From contig JAJVIF010000002.1 of assembly GCA_022072165.1 (NCBI GenBank), positions 176,221 to 240,220 on the forward strand: a DNA stretch of 64,000 bases, in the 5' to 3' direction. The stretch comes from a bacterium (GTDB taxonomy: Bacteria; JAJVIF01). Shown here piece by piece: positions 19,118-27,423 of this stretch. The notes below the pieces were generated by a model. That model was not told where the DNA came from and ran no database searches. It worked only from the letters and a program-made list of their open reading frames with translations. The stretch's first letter is position 1; every line of letters starts with the position of its first letter. Made by a program: the position numbers and the translations under genes.

Positions 19118-21796
19118 CTACTGCCAGACGCTCCAGTCGATTTCTCGGGCCGTGAACGGTCCGCCGCCGTACTTGTCGGTCAGCCAGAGTGCCATGTGAC
19201 GGCCATCGGCCATCCCCAGCACCTGTTGTCCGATCCGGGCAAAGCTGCCACCCTCTACTGCCATACCAGTGATACCGCTCAGACTGCCCAACGGAGTGGT
19301 CTCAGTGAAGCGGATGTAGTTGATGTAGGTGGTGGGCTGGTTGTGGCTATGGGTGAGGACGCCCTCGCCCTGGGGATTGAACCCGAAACCGAAGTACGCC
19401 TCCGACCCCGTGGTCACCGACCGGGCGACTGAGAGCGGCGTCCAGGAGGAGCCATTGAACTGGCCCATGCTGATCGATGACTGCGTGCCGGACCCGACGG
19501 CCAGCCAGATGGTGCCGTTGGGTGATCGTGCCAGTACCGGGTTCGAATTGCGGCTGACGCCGTTGTACGCGAAGGACTGTGAGCCCCAGCTGCCGCCGGT
19601 CGTTTTGTTGTACTTCAGTCCTACGGTGTACGTAGAGGTGATCGATGTGACGCCGTTGTACTGCTGCTCCACGCCGGACCAGACAGCGAGCCATTCGTTG
19701 TCCGCAGTCCCAACGAAGTCCATGTCCTCGTCACTCAGGGTGTATGACCCGCAGGCTGTGGAGTTCAGCACAACGTAGCGATCGCCAATCTGCGTGATCG
19801 GCGCCCAGGCGGTGCCATCAAAGCTGGTGAAGTAGACCGGCATCGCCGGACCCGGAATCGCCGGGCAGACCGTACCACCACGTCGCTTGCCGGCAAAGCC
19901 CAGAGTCCCGTCGGGACGGGCCGCCAGTATGCCGCCGGTCCAGACATTCGTACCGGAGGCATAGGTCGTGATCGGCCCGACGATGCTCCAGGTGCCGTTT
20001 TCCAGCTTCGCGTGCCGGAATTCGGGATAGGCACTCGGCATCGTTGGTCCAGTGAACGATGCATGGAGCGTATCGCCGACCGCTGCCAGCGAACAGTTCC
20101 ACTGGTAGTTACTGGTGTTCAGTGTCGATGACACCAGTGTCCGGGGCTGCCAGGTGGGCGGGCACCCGCTGTACTCCTGATGGTAGTGCTCGAACGTGTA
20201 CGCGGGGAAAGTACCCGTGACTTCCGGATAGAGCACATGGACCGCCCCATCGGCGGTCTGCACCAGGTTGTGGGTCACGTTGGAACCAAAGCCCTGGTAC
20301 TGCTCATAGAGGCTGTTGTTGGTGAGCCGCTGGGTCGCGTTCCAGGTCGCACTCCCCGAGACATTGATACTGGCCGTGGTGATGTTCCAGCCCGATGGGG
20401 TGCCATCGCTGACCCGAAGCGCGACCGTCCGGGTCCCAGCGCTGGGGTACGCCTGCGCCACCAGCATCCCTGAGGCATCCACTGTGAAGTTGCTGCCGTC
20501 ATAGTCCCAGTCCCATTCGTACGCCGTGATCGGATTCGAACCGGGAGTGCTGGGCGATGCATCGAAGGTGTCGCCGATCCCCACTTTCATGTCGCCGCCA
20601 TAACAGCGACTGAAGGCAGCAGTCGGAGGCAGGCTGGTGTTGCCAACCGCGACCGGGAAGAGCTGATACGTCACATAGCTGGTGATGGTGACCGGCGAGG
20701 TGAGATTCTCCTGCAGCGCGACCCCACTGGTGGCACTGTCCGTGACTGTCACGAGCCCCCAGTAGTCACCCTCGAGGCCCCCAGCAAGATTTGTCACCAG
20801 CACAGTGCCTGTCAGCGGTGTCGGGTCGGTCCCTGTGCCACTGAGGGAGACAGTCAGCGGACTCGTGGTGACTCCCGGCACCTGCAGCGTGGCCGATGCG
20901 ACATCGCTCCCCAGCTGCTGGCCATGCTTCCAGTCCCAGATATCGACCTGGTACTGAGCGGTGGAGGCGGTCTGCCCGGCTTCCAGATTGTTAGCGAGTT
21001 CCGTCACTGCCACTTTCCAGGCGGCGTTGCCCGCAAATTTCGGCAGTTCATATTGCGGGGTCTGGCGGGTCGCCCGGACTGCAGACTGCCCATAGTCAGC
21101 GGTCAGATAGAGCCGGAGGGTGACCGCGCTGGCGTTGCTGAGCTGGAGCGACAGGGTCGCCGTCGATTCCATGCCGGGGAAGAAGACGTTGTAGCCAGCA
21201 GGATTCTGAAAATCGAACGCTCCAGCCGCAGCATCTTCCCGGAGCAGAATGTAGGGCTGGACCGGTGCAGCATTGAACCCGGGAGCTGCGGATGCCGTGT
21301 CAAGCCACATCCGGCCATAACCTGCCGCATTAGTCACGATTCCCGGGAGCGCCGAGACTCCGCCAAGATTCACCGCCGGCAGGTCGCTGACCGCCCAGCA
21401 CTTCAGGTTGAAGATGGCGAGGTCCGGACGGGCGGTTGGGGCGAAGGGATGCCGGATCCCGAGTTCCACCTCCACTTCCCCATTCGGCCCGAACTGGAAC
21501 CCGCGCACCTGGAAGTTGCGACCAAACATCGTCGTAAAGGCCGGTGCCAGCCCCAGTTCGCTGTAGGTGTCGCCGATGGCGGCAGTCGCCTTGTCAGCGG
21601 CGAGTGTCACCTGCTGGCTCACGGGATCCAGGTGCAGATCGAATCCTCCCAGCAGGCCCCCTTCACGAGGAACTCCCGGCGCGAAGGGGTCCGACCCCGT
21701 AACGGCCGCTGGTGCCAGTGGAGCGGAACCTCCCTGGCAGCCGAGAAGCAGGGTCGAGACCGCCAGGAGTCCGATGGTGGTGCTGTGAGTCCTCAT
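19118..21796 (-). CDS. array paralog 2: lipoprotein, unassigned N-module + PKD-like + Asp-box-like propeller
   Basis: ATG 21796 with GGAGG upstream. Lipobox LLLG|C. Same N-module blocks (IRHPFAPTARPDLAIFNLKCWAV, YLTADYGQSAVRATRQTPQYELPKFAGNAAWK, VDIWDWKHG, DYWGLVTVTD). PKD-like FDASPSTPGSNPITAYEWDWDYDGSNF..ALRVSDG. Strands NGTWSIV, GTAWAPI, GGSWGSQ and GSSWTPL. Ends WSVWQ. Confidence 0.88.
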   Translation of the reverse strand: MRTHSTTIGLLAVSTLLLGCQGGSAPLAPAAVTGSDPFAPGVPREGGLLGGFDLHLDPVSQQVTLAADKATAAIGDTYSELGLAPAFTTMFGRNFQVRGFQFGPNGEVEVELGIRHPFAPTARPDLAIFNLKCWAVSDLPAVNLGGVSALPGIVTNAAGYGRMWLDTASAAPGFNAAPVQPYILLREDAAAGAFDFQNPAGYNVFFPGMESTATLSLQLSNASAVTLRLYLTADYGQSAVRATRQTPQYELPKFAGNAAWKVAVTELANNLEAGQTASTAQYQVDIWDWKHGQQLGSDVASATLQVPGVTTSPLTVSLSGTGTDPTPLTGTVLVTNLAGGLEGDYWGLVTVTDSATSGVALQENLTSPVTITSYVTYQLFPVAVGNTSLPPTAAFSRCYGGDMKVGIGDTFDASPSTPGSNPITAYEWDWDYDGSNFTVDASGMLVAQAYPSAGTRTVALRVSDGTPSGWNITTASINVSGSATWNATQRLTNNSLYEQYQGFGSNVTHNLVQTADGAVHVLYPEVTGTFPAYTFEHYHQEYSGCPPTWQPRTLVSSTLNTSNYQWNCSLAAVGDTLHASFTGPTMPSAYPEFRHAKLENGTWSIVGPITTYASGTNVWTGGILAARPDGTLGFAGKRRGGTVCPAIPGPAMPVYFTSFDGTAWAPITQIGDRYVVLNSTACGSYTLSDEDMDFVGTADNEWLAVWSGVEQQYNGVTSITSTYTVGLKYNKTTGGSWGSQSFAYNGVSRNSNPVLARSPNGTIWLAVGSGTQSSISMGQFNGSSWTPLSVARSVTTGSEAYFGFGFNPQGEGVLTHSHNQPTTYINYIRFTETTPLGSLSGITGMAVEGGSFARIGQQVLGMADGRHMALWLTDKYGGGPFTAREIDWSVWQ

Positions 21797-21853
21797 GGTC
21801 TGGAGCCTCCGGCTCAGGGCAAGTGTGGTGTGGCGAAAAAAGTGGCGAACGAG

Positions 21854-24520
21854 TTACTGATAGAGCGCGGCATCCAGTTCGAAGCCGGAGAAGAACGCCC
21901 CACCGTACTTCAGGGTCGACCAGACCGCCACATAGCGGCCATCGTGCAGCCCGGCGATCATCGCGGGATACCGAAAAGTTGAAAGTGTCGGCTCCACCAG
22001 ATGCGGTGTAAAACCGGAAATGGCAGCAGGGGTGTCAGTCTGACGGAAGCGCTTGCTGTTGAACGGCACATTGCTGTTCTGGTAAGTGACGGCGAAGGTG
22101 CCCCGGCCATCGTCATCGAAATTCAGGCTGAAGTAGGGCGTACTCCCCAGTCCACCGGGCAGGACGATGGTCATATCACTGTCCCAGGTGCCGCTGGAGT
22201 AGCGGGCCAGCCCGATGGGACTGCCCGTGCTGCCAGCGCGAGCGATGAGCCACAGCGTACCGTTGGGGGAGCGTTCGAGAATCGGATGACGGTACTGTCC
22301 GGCACTGGTGTAGAGATTCGCTTCTGCCTGCCAGACCCCACCAACAGTCTGCGCCCAGGAGAGCTTGCTCGGGCCGGTGTTCTGATCGGTGAAGCCATCG
22401 AAGGGGGTGACTACCTCGTCCCAGACTGCGACCCATTCATTCGTGGCGGTCGCGGCCAGCGTGGCACCGTAGCCATACATGTGTCCGGTGTTGCCACAGG
22501 TGGGAATGTTGACCACGATGTCACCCAGGCCGATGGTGCTCACGGAGCCCCAGGACCCGCTGGTTCGTTTTACGAACTGCAACTGCCACGGAATGGCCGG
22601 AGTTCCCGGACAACTGGGCTGCGTGGTCCGCAGGACTGTCAGGACCCCCAGCGTCCCATCCGGACTCGCCGCGATCGTCGAGCCGGTGAGCCTTTCGGTG
22701 TTGTTGGTATGGGTCATCACCACTTCCTGCGTGCCCCAGCCACCGGCGGTCCGGGGGCGATAGATCAGCTGATCGCGGCTGGAGCCATCCCGCTGGTTGA
22801 GCAGCGCATGGACGGTGTTGTCGCTGGTCGCGGCGAGGGAGAACTTCCGGGTGATCTGCTGCGAGGCGGGGGTCGTGAAGAAGTTCTCCGGGGCGGTCCA
22901 GCTGCCAGCGACATCGCAGGTGCTGGGGAGCTGCATGTACCAGTACTCAGTGGCGAATGGACTGGCACTCTGCACGATGCTGAAGACCAGATGCGCGGTG
23001 CCATCAGAAGTCACGACCAGGCTGTCCGGTGACTCGGTCAGCTCGCAGAGGACTTCCTGAATGCTGTTCGTCGTGAGTCGCAGCGGTGTCTGCCAGACCG
23101 GGGGTCCTGAAACTGACACCGGCCGCACCAGCGTATGGCTGTTGCCGAAACCGTCACTCACTCGCAGCGCGGTCTGGTAGTTCCCCGCTGCCGGGAACTC
23201 GTAGTCCACGGTGGAACCAGTCGCCATGACATCGAAAGTGGGATCGATGTAGTCGAAGTCCCACTCGTAGCTGACAATCGGATGCGTGCCGGGCGTGCTG
23301 AGGCTGCCATCGAAGTGGGTGTCGGTCTCGGCCTTAATGGAAAGGAAATTGCACGCGGTGAACTCTGCGGTCGGGGGCACCGCCGTGGCGCCGGCGACAC
23401 TCACCGGGAAACATTGCCAGGTGGAGTAGTTGGTAATGGTGACCGGCTCGAAGTCTTCGTTCAGCCCGACACCGCTGGTCGCCTGATCCGTCACACTCAC
23501 CAGCCCCCAGTAGTCGCCGGCGGTCACCGACGGGTCACAGAATGCCGAGATGGTGCCTGTGAGGGGGGTCGGGTCGGTCCCGGTCCCGGTCAGCGCCAGC
23601 GTCACCGGAGCAGCCATCACGCCCGGGATATCCAGGGTCGCGTCGATGACATCGCTCCCCAGCGACTCCCCATGCTTCCAGTCCCAGATGTCGACCTGGT
23701 AATCCGCGGAGGAGAGCTGCCCCGCCTCGAAAAAGTTGTTGAGTTCCGTGACTGCGATCTTCCAGGGGGCGTTGCCCGCGAACTTCGGCAATTCGTATTG
23801 CGGATTCTGACGGGTCGCCCGGACCGCGGACTGCCCGTAGTCGGCGGTGAGGTAGATCCGCAACTGGACAGAGGTCGCGGTGCCGAGATCAAGCGCGACC
23901 GTATCAACGCTGGTCATGCCGGGGAAAAAAACGTTGTATCCCGCAGGATTCAGGTGCGAGAACGCGCCGGCCGTGGGGTCTTCGCGGAGCACGACATAGG
24001 GCTGCACGACCGCCGCGCTGAACGCCGGCGAAGTGACCGCAGTCTCGGCCCAGAGGCGACCATAGCCATCGGCATTCGTGACCAGGCCGGGGGCCACCTG
24101 AACACCTCCCAGATTCGTGGCTGGCTGACTGCTCACCACCCAGCACTTGAGGTTGAAGATCGCGAGGTCCGGACGGGTGGCCGCACTAAAGGGATGTGTG
24201 GTCTCAAAATCGACTTCAATGGTGGTCGGCCCGGTCGAGCGAAGCCCCCGGACCCGGAAGTTTTTCCCGAAGCGTTCCTGCAACGCGGGTCCGAGTCCAA
24301 TCTCACTGAAGGTGTCGCCGATGGCAGCAGCGGTCGCATCTGGCAGGAGCGCGACTGTTCCAGCCTCCCGGTCGATGTCCAGCACGAATCCGCCAAGGAA
24401 GCCCCCTTCCATCGGCAATTGCAGCTGGGGCGCCCGCAAGGAGGATGTTGTCGGTGTCGACGCGGCACAGGCGGTGAGCGCCAGGGCCAACACGGGACTA
24501 CAGCGAAGCCAAGAGCGCAT
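21854..24520 (-). CDS. array paralog 3: lipoprotein, unassigned N-module + PKD-like + Asp-box-like propeller
   Basis: Trimmed to ATG 24520 (GGAGG upstream; MRSWLRCSPVLALALTA|C). Blocks TTHPFSAATRPDLAIFNLKCWVV, YLTADYGQSAVRATRQNPQYELPKFAGNAPWK, VDIWDWKHG and DYWGLVSVTD. PKD-like FDGSLSTPGTHPIVSYEWDFDY. Ends AALYQ. Confidence 0.85.
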   Translation of the reverse strand: MRSWLRCSPVLALALTACAASTPTTSSLRAPQLQLPMEGGFLGGFVLDIDREAGTVALLPDATAAAIGDTFSEIGLGPALQERFGKNFRVRGLRSTGPTTIEVDFETTHPFSAATRPDLAIFNLKCWVVSSQPATNLGGVQVAPGLVTNADGYGRLWAETAVTSPAFSAAVVQPYVVLREDPTAGAFSHLNPAGYNVFFPGMTSVDTVALDLGTATSVQLRIYLTADYGQSAVRATRQNPQYELPKFAGNAPWKIAVTELNNFFEAGQLSSADYQVDIWDWKHGESLGSDVIDATLDIPGVMAAPVTLALTGTGTDPTPLTGTISAFCDPSVTAGDYWGLVSVTDQATSGVGLNEDFEPVTITNYSTWQCFPVSVAGATAVPPTAEFTACNFLSIKAETDTHFDGSLSTPGTHPIVSYEWDFDYIDPTFDVMATGSTVDYEFPAAGNYQTALRVSDGFGNSHTLVRPVSVSGPPVWQTPLRLTTNSIQEVLCELTESPDSLVVTSDGTAHLVFSIVQSASPFATEYWYMQLPSTCDVAGSWTAPENFFTTPASQQITRKFSLAATSDNTVHALLNQRDGSSRDQLIYRPRTAGGWGTQEVVMTHTNNTERLTGSTIAASPDGTLGVLTVLRTTQPSCPGTPAIPWQLQFVKRTSGSWGSVSTIGLGDIVVNIPTCGNTGHMYGYGATLAATATNEWVAVWDEVVTPFDGFTDQNTGPSKLSWAQTVGGVWQAEANLYTSAGQYRHPILERSPNGTLWLIARAGSTGSPIGLARYSSGTWDSDMTIVLPGGLGSTPYFSLNFDDDGRGTFAVTYQNSNVPFNSKRFRQTDTPAAISGFTPHLVEPTLSTFRYPAMIAGLHDGRYVAVWSTLKYGGAFFSGFELDAALYQ

Positions 24521-24584
24521 GTGCGCCTCCTGCAGGGAGTGACATTGAGGACGTGAACCGGGGAACGGCGTCGGAACCCCAATG

Positions 24585-24618
24585 GTAACAAAACGAGCCG
24601 GGAAGTATCCCGGCTCGT
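24585..24618 (-). terminator. rho-independent terminator-like hairpin after array paralog 4
   Basis: Perfect 10-11 bp stem (CGAGCCGGGA / TCCCGGCTCG) with a 4-nt loop. On the minus strand it is followed by TTTTGTT. It lies about 25 nt past the stop codon at 24644. Confidence 0.65.
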
Positions 24619-24643
24619 GACTGCAGTTTGTCAGCAATTTGGG

Positions 24644-27283
24644 CTATTCCCAGAACAGGGCTTCCAGCTCCTGGCCTTCAGTAAACGCCCCGAAGCGGGT
24701 CGACTGGAACACCATCGCCCAGCGTCGATCCGCCAGACGGACTGTTACCGGGAAGCGCTGCAGGATCCCAGTCGCAGACGGCACCATCGTGGTGTTCGGC
24801 ATGGCTGCAATCGTAGCGATGGAGTCGGATTGCTGGAAGATCTTGCTGGTCATGGGCGTGCCGAAGTTTGAGCCGCCGGACATCAGCATCCCCTGCCCAT
24901 CCGGGGCGAAGGCCAGGTACGGCTGTGCGCTCCCGAGAATGCCAGTCAACGCGGTGGTGGAGGCGGTCCAGACAGTGCCGTCATAGGTCATCAGCCGGAT
25001 GTTGGTCAGGTCGCAGTGCGTCAGCCAGATGGTTCCATTCGGGCTGGTCGCCATGACGATCCGGAAGGAGTCAACCGGAACGCTGGTCAGAACGGACTCC
25101 GAACCCCAGACGCCCCCGGTGGTCCGGTTCCACTTGGTCATACAGGCACTGCTGACCGCGGAACCACCCAGGTGCGGGGTCTTGAGGGTATCCCAGGCCG
25201 TGATCCACTCGTTGGAGAGAGTCGAAGTCAGGGAGGCCGACAGGATGCGACCGCTCCAGCCTCCACCTCCGGACTGCGATGTCACATAAGACGTTGTGCC
25301 GATCAGTTCCTGCGGCTGCCAAACTCCCCCGACGGTCCGGATGGCATACATCTGCCCCGACACCGCCGGGATGCCGCCACCATTGACCGCAGCCGGGTCT
25401 TGTGGTGGCTGGAAGTGCGCGACATAGCCGAGTTCATCGGCATAGTTGCGGGCAATCCAGCCGTAGTTCCAGCCCCCGGTTCCGGGGGTGGAGGTGATGT
25501 TCACCGGGGCCGACCAGACGCCTCCGGTGTTGTGGATGTACCGGACGTTGTTCACACTCGCCAGGAACGACACATGGAGCCGGTCATCGCTGGTGATCGC
25601 CATCCCCACCGGGAAGACGCCACCACCGCCTGATGTGAAAATCTCGGTGGGAGCAGACCAGTCCGAGGAGCAGGGCGCGAGGGTCTGGTGGAAGATACTG
25701 TACGGCGACCCGGCGCGGTAATGAATCAGATGCGCGGTGCCGGTGCTGTCGATGCCAATCACCGGCGATGTCCGGGACTGATCTTCCCAGCGGTTCCAGT
25801 AGGTGTCGTTGGTGATCCGGATCGGCGTGGTGGACCAGGAGGGGGGGCCGGTGATCGCCAGCAGCGAGCTGGCGATGTCGAATCCCGCCGGACTCCCATC
25901 ACTCACCCGCAGCGCGACAGTGGGGGTCCCCACTGCACTGAACGACTGGGTCGCGATGACACCCGTGGCATCGACCGTGAAGTTGCTGCCGTCGTAATCC
26001 CAGTCCCATTCGTAAGAGACGATCGGATTGGTGCCCGGCACGCTGCTGGAGGCATCGAAAGTTTCGATGATGCCGATGGAGAGGTCTCCCCCCAAACAGC
26101 GAGTGAAAGCGGCGGTCGGCGGCTCGGCCACATCCTCCACCGACACATCAAAGACCTGATAGGTCACATAGCTGCCAAAGCTGACGGGCGTGGTGAGATT
26201 CTCTTCGAGCCCGACTCCTTGATTCGAGTCGGTGACCGTCACCAGCCCGAAGTAGTCCCCTTCACCGGCCGAGGCTCCATTCGTGATGAGGGTCGAGGCA
26301 GTGAGTGGGGTCGGGTCGCTGCCGGTTCCGCTGAGACTCAGGGTCACCGGCGCGGAGGTCACCCCCGGCACCTGCAGTGTGGCAGAAGCAACATCACTCC
26401 CGAGTCCCAGGCCATGTTTCCAGTCCCAGATGTCGACCTGGTACTGCGCGGTCGAACTCGGCTGCCCGGCCTGCAGATCATTCGCAAGTTCGGTCACCGC
26501 GACTTTCCACGCGGCATTGCCGGCGAACTTCGGCAGGTCGTACTGTGGATTCTGGCGAGTCGCCCGGACCGCTGACTGCCCATAGTCCGCCGTGAGATAG
26601 AGCCGCGCCTGGAACGTGTTGCCCGTGGAGAGGGTCAGCGCGAGGGTATCGATGCTGGTCTGGCCGGGGAAGAGGACGTTGAAGCCGGCGGGCGACTGAT
26701 AGTTAAACGGCGCGGATGAAGGGTCCTCCCGCAGGATCACATAGGGCTGGACCGGGGCGGCGGTGTAGTCCGGCTGGCTTCCTGGATGCGTCACGAGCCA
26801 GGTGTTGGAATACCCATCGGCGTTGGCCAGGACTCCGGGGGCGGCACTGACACCACTCAGATTCACCGGAGCCCGGTCTGTGACCACGAAGCACTTCACA
26901 TTGAAGATCCCCAGGTCCGGGCGATTCGCCGGGCTGAAGGGATGCGTGATTTGTACATCGACTTCGATGGTGTCCGGCGCGGGACGCCGGACCGCGATCA
27001 CTCTGAAGTTGTCGCCGAATGTTTTGTTGAACGCCGGGGTAAGTCCAAGTTCGCTGTAGTCATCGCCGATGGCGGCGGACTGACGTACGGGGGTGAGCTC
27101 GGCATGATTCGTCGTCAGATCGATCATCAGATCGGCGGCGAACAGCGGCCCGGTGGAAGGGTCCTGTGCCAGTGCCAGCGCTGCCGACTGCTCCTGGGCT
27201 GCCGGAGAAACCGGGGTCGCACTCCGCTGACAGGAAAGCAGGAAGAGGGCAGGCACCATGAGGGCCAGAGCTGGGGTACGCAT
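24644..27283 (-). CDS. array paralog 4: lipoprotein, unassigned N-module + PKD-like + Asp-box-like propeller
   Basis: ATG 27283 with AAGGAG upstream. Lipobox FLLS|C. Blocks ITHPFSPANRPDLGIFNVKCFVV, YLTADYGQSAVRATRQNPQYDLPKFAGNAAWK, VDIWDWKHG and DYFGLVTVTD. PKD-like FDASSSVPGTNPIVSYEWDWDYDGSNF. Strands GGVWSAP, GGVWQPQ, GGVWGSE and GTVWTAS. Ends ALFWE. Confidence 0.88.
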   Translation of the reverse strand: MRTPALALMVPALFLLSCQRSATPVSPAAQEQSAALALAQDPSTGPLFAADLMIDLTTNHAELTPVRQSAAIGDDYSELGLTPAFNKTFGDNFRVIAVRRPAPDTIEVDVQITHPFSPANRPDLGIFNVKCFVVTDRAPVNLSGVSAAPGVLANADGYSNTWLVTHPGSQPDYTAAPVQPYVILREDPSSAPFNYQSPAGFNVLFPGQTSIDTLALTLSTGNTFQARLYLTADYGQSAVRATRQNPQYDLPKFAGNAAWKVAVTELANDLQAGQPSSTAQYQVDIWDWKHGLGLGSDVASATLQVPGVTSAPVTLSLSGTGSDPTPLTASTLITNGASAGEGDYFGLVTVTDSNQGVGLEENLTTPVSFGSYVTYQVFDVSVEDVAEPPTAAFTRCLGGDLSIGIIETFDASSSVPGTNPIVSYEWDWDYDGSNFTVDATGVIATQSFSAVGTPTVALRVSDGSPAGFDIASSLLAITGPPSWSTTPIRITNDTYWNRWEDQSRTSPVIGIDSTGTAHLIHYRAGSPYSIFHQTLAPCSSDWSAPTEIFTSGGGGVFPVGMAITSDDRLHVSFLASVNNVRYIHNTGGVWSAPVNITSTPGTGGWNYGWIARNYADELGYVAHFQPPQDPAAVNGGGIPAVSGQMYAIRTVGGVWQPQELIGTTSYVTSQSGGGGWSGRILSASLTSTLSNEWITAWDTLKTPHLGGSAVSSACMTKWNRTTGGVWGSESVLTSVPVDSFRIVMATSPNGTIWLTHCDLTNIRLMTYDGTVWTASTTALTGILGSAQPYLAFAPDGQGMLMSGGSNFGTPMTSKIFQQSDSIATIAAMPNTTMVPSATGILQRFPVTVRLADRRWAMVFQSTRFGAFTEGQELEALFWE
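25876..27283. repeat. about 1.4 kb direct repeat, copy A (5' part of paralog 4)
   Basis: Aligns by eye, colinearly, with 28659..30066 at an offset of about 2783 nt. Even the antisense shadow ORFs are shared (MMRVEAVSGVGSLPVPLRLRVTGAEVTPGTC at 26283 and 29066). Boundaries are approximate. Confidence 0.8.
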
Positions 27284-27423
27284 TCGGGACTCCTTCGCAG
27301 GACGCGGAGATGCTCAAGGGACGACAGAGCGTTGGATGGCTCCATCTTACTGCGAATCTTGATGCCACGACCAGCAGAAGGCCGCTTGTGGCCTCGAACC
27401 GTCGGTAGCGGGGACAGTCAGAC

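Noticed and set aside
21797-21853. Direct 8-nt repeat GTGGCGAA-aaaa-GTGGCGAA in the spacer between paralogs 2 and 3
   Set aside because: It is too short and occurs only once in the window. It gives a T6 run on the coding strand but no hairpin, so it cannot be distinguished from chance.
20924-24556. Long plus-strand ORFs (20924..21982, 22001..23032, 23135..24556; 340-470 aa) opposite array paralogs 2 and 3
   Set aside because: They are antisense shadows. Their composition is dominated by Arg/Gly/Pro/Asp with no signal peptide, SD or motif. The minus-strand frames carry conserved paralogous domains (PKD and the N-module blocks).
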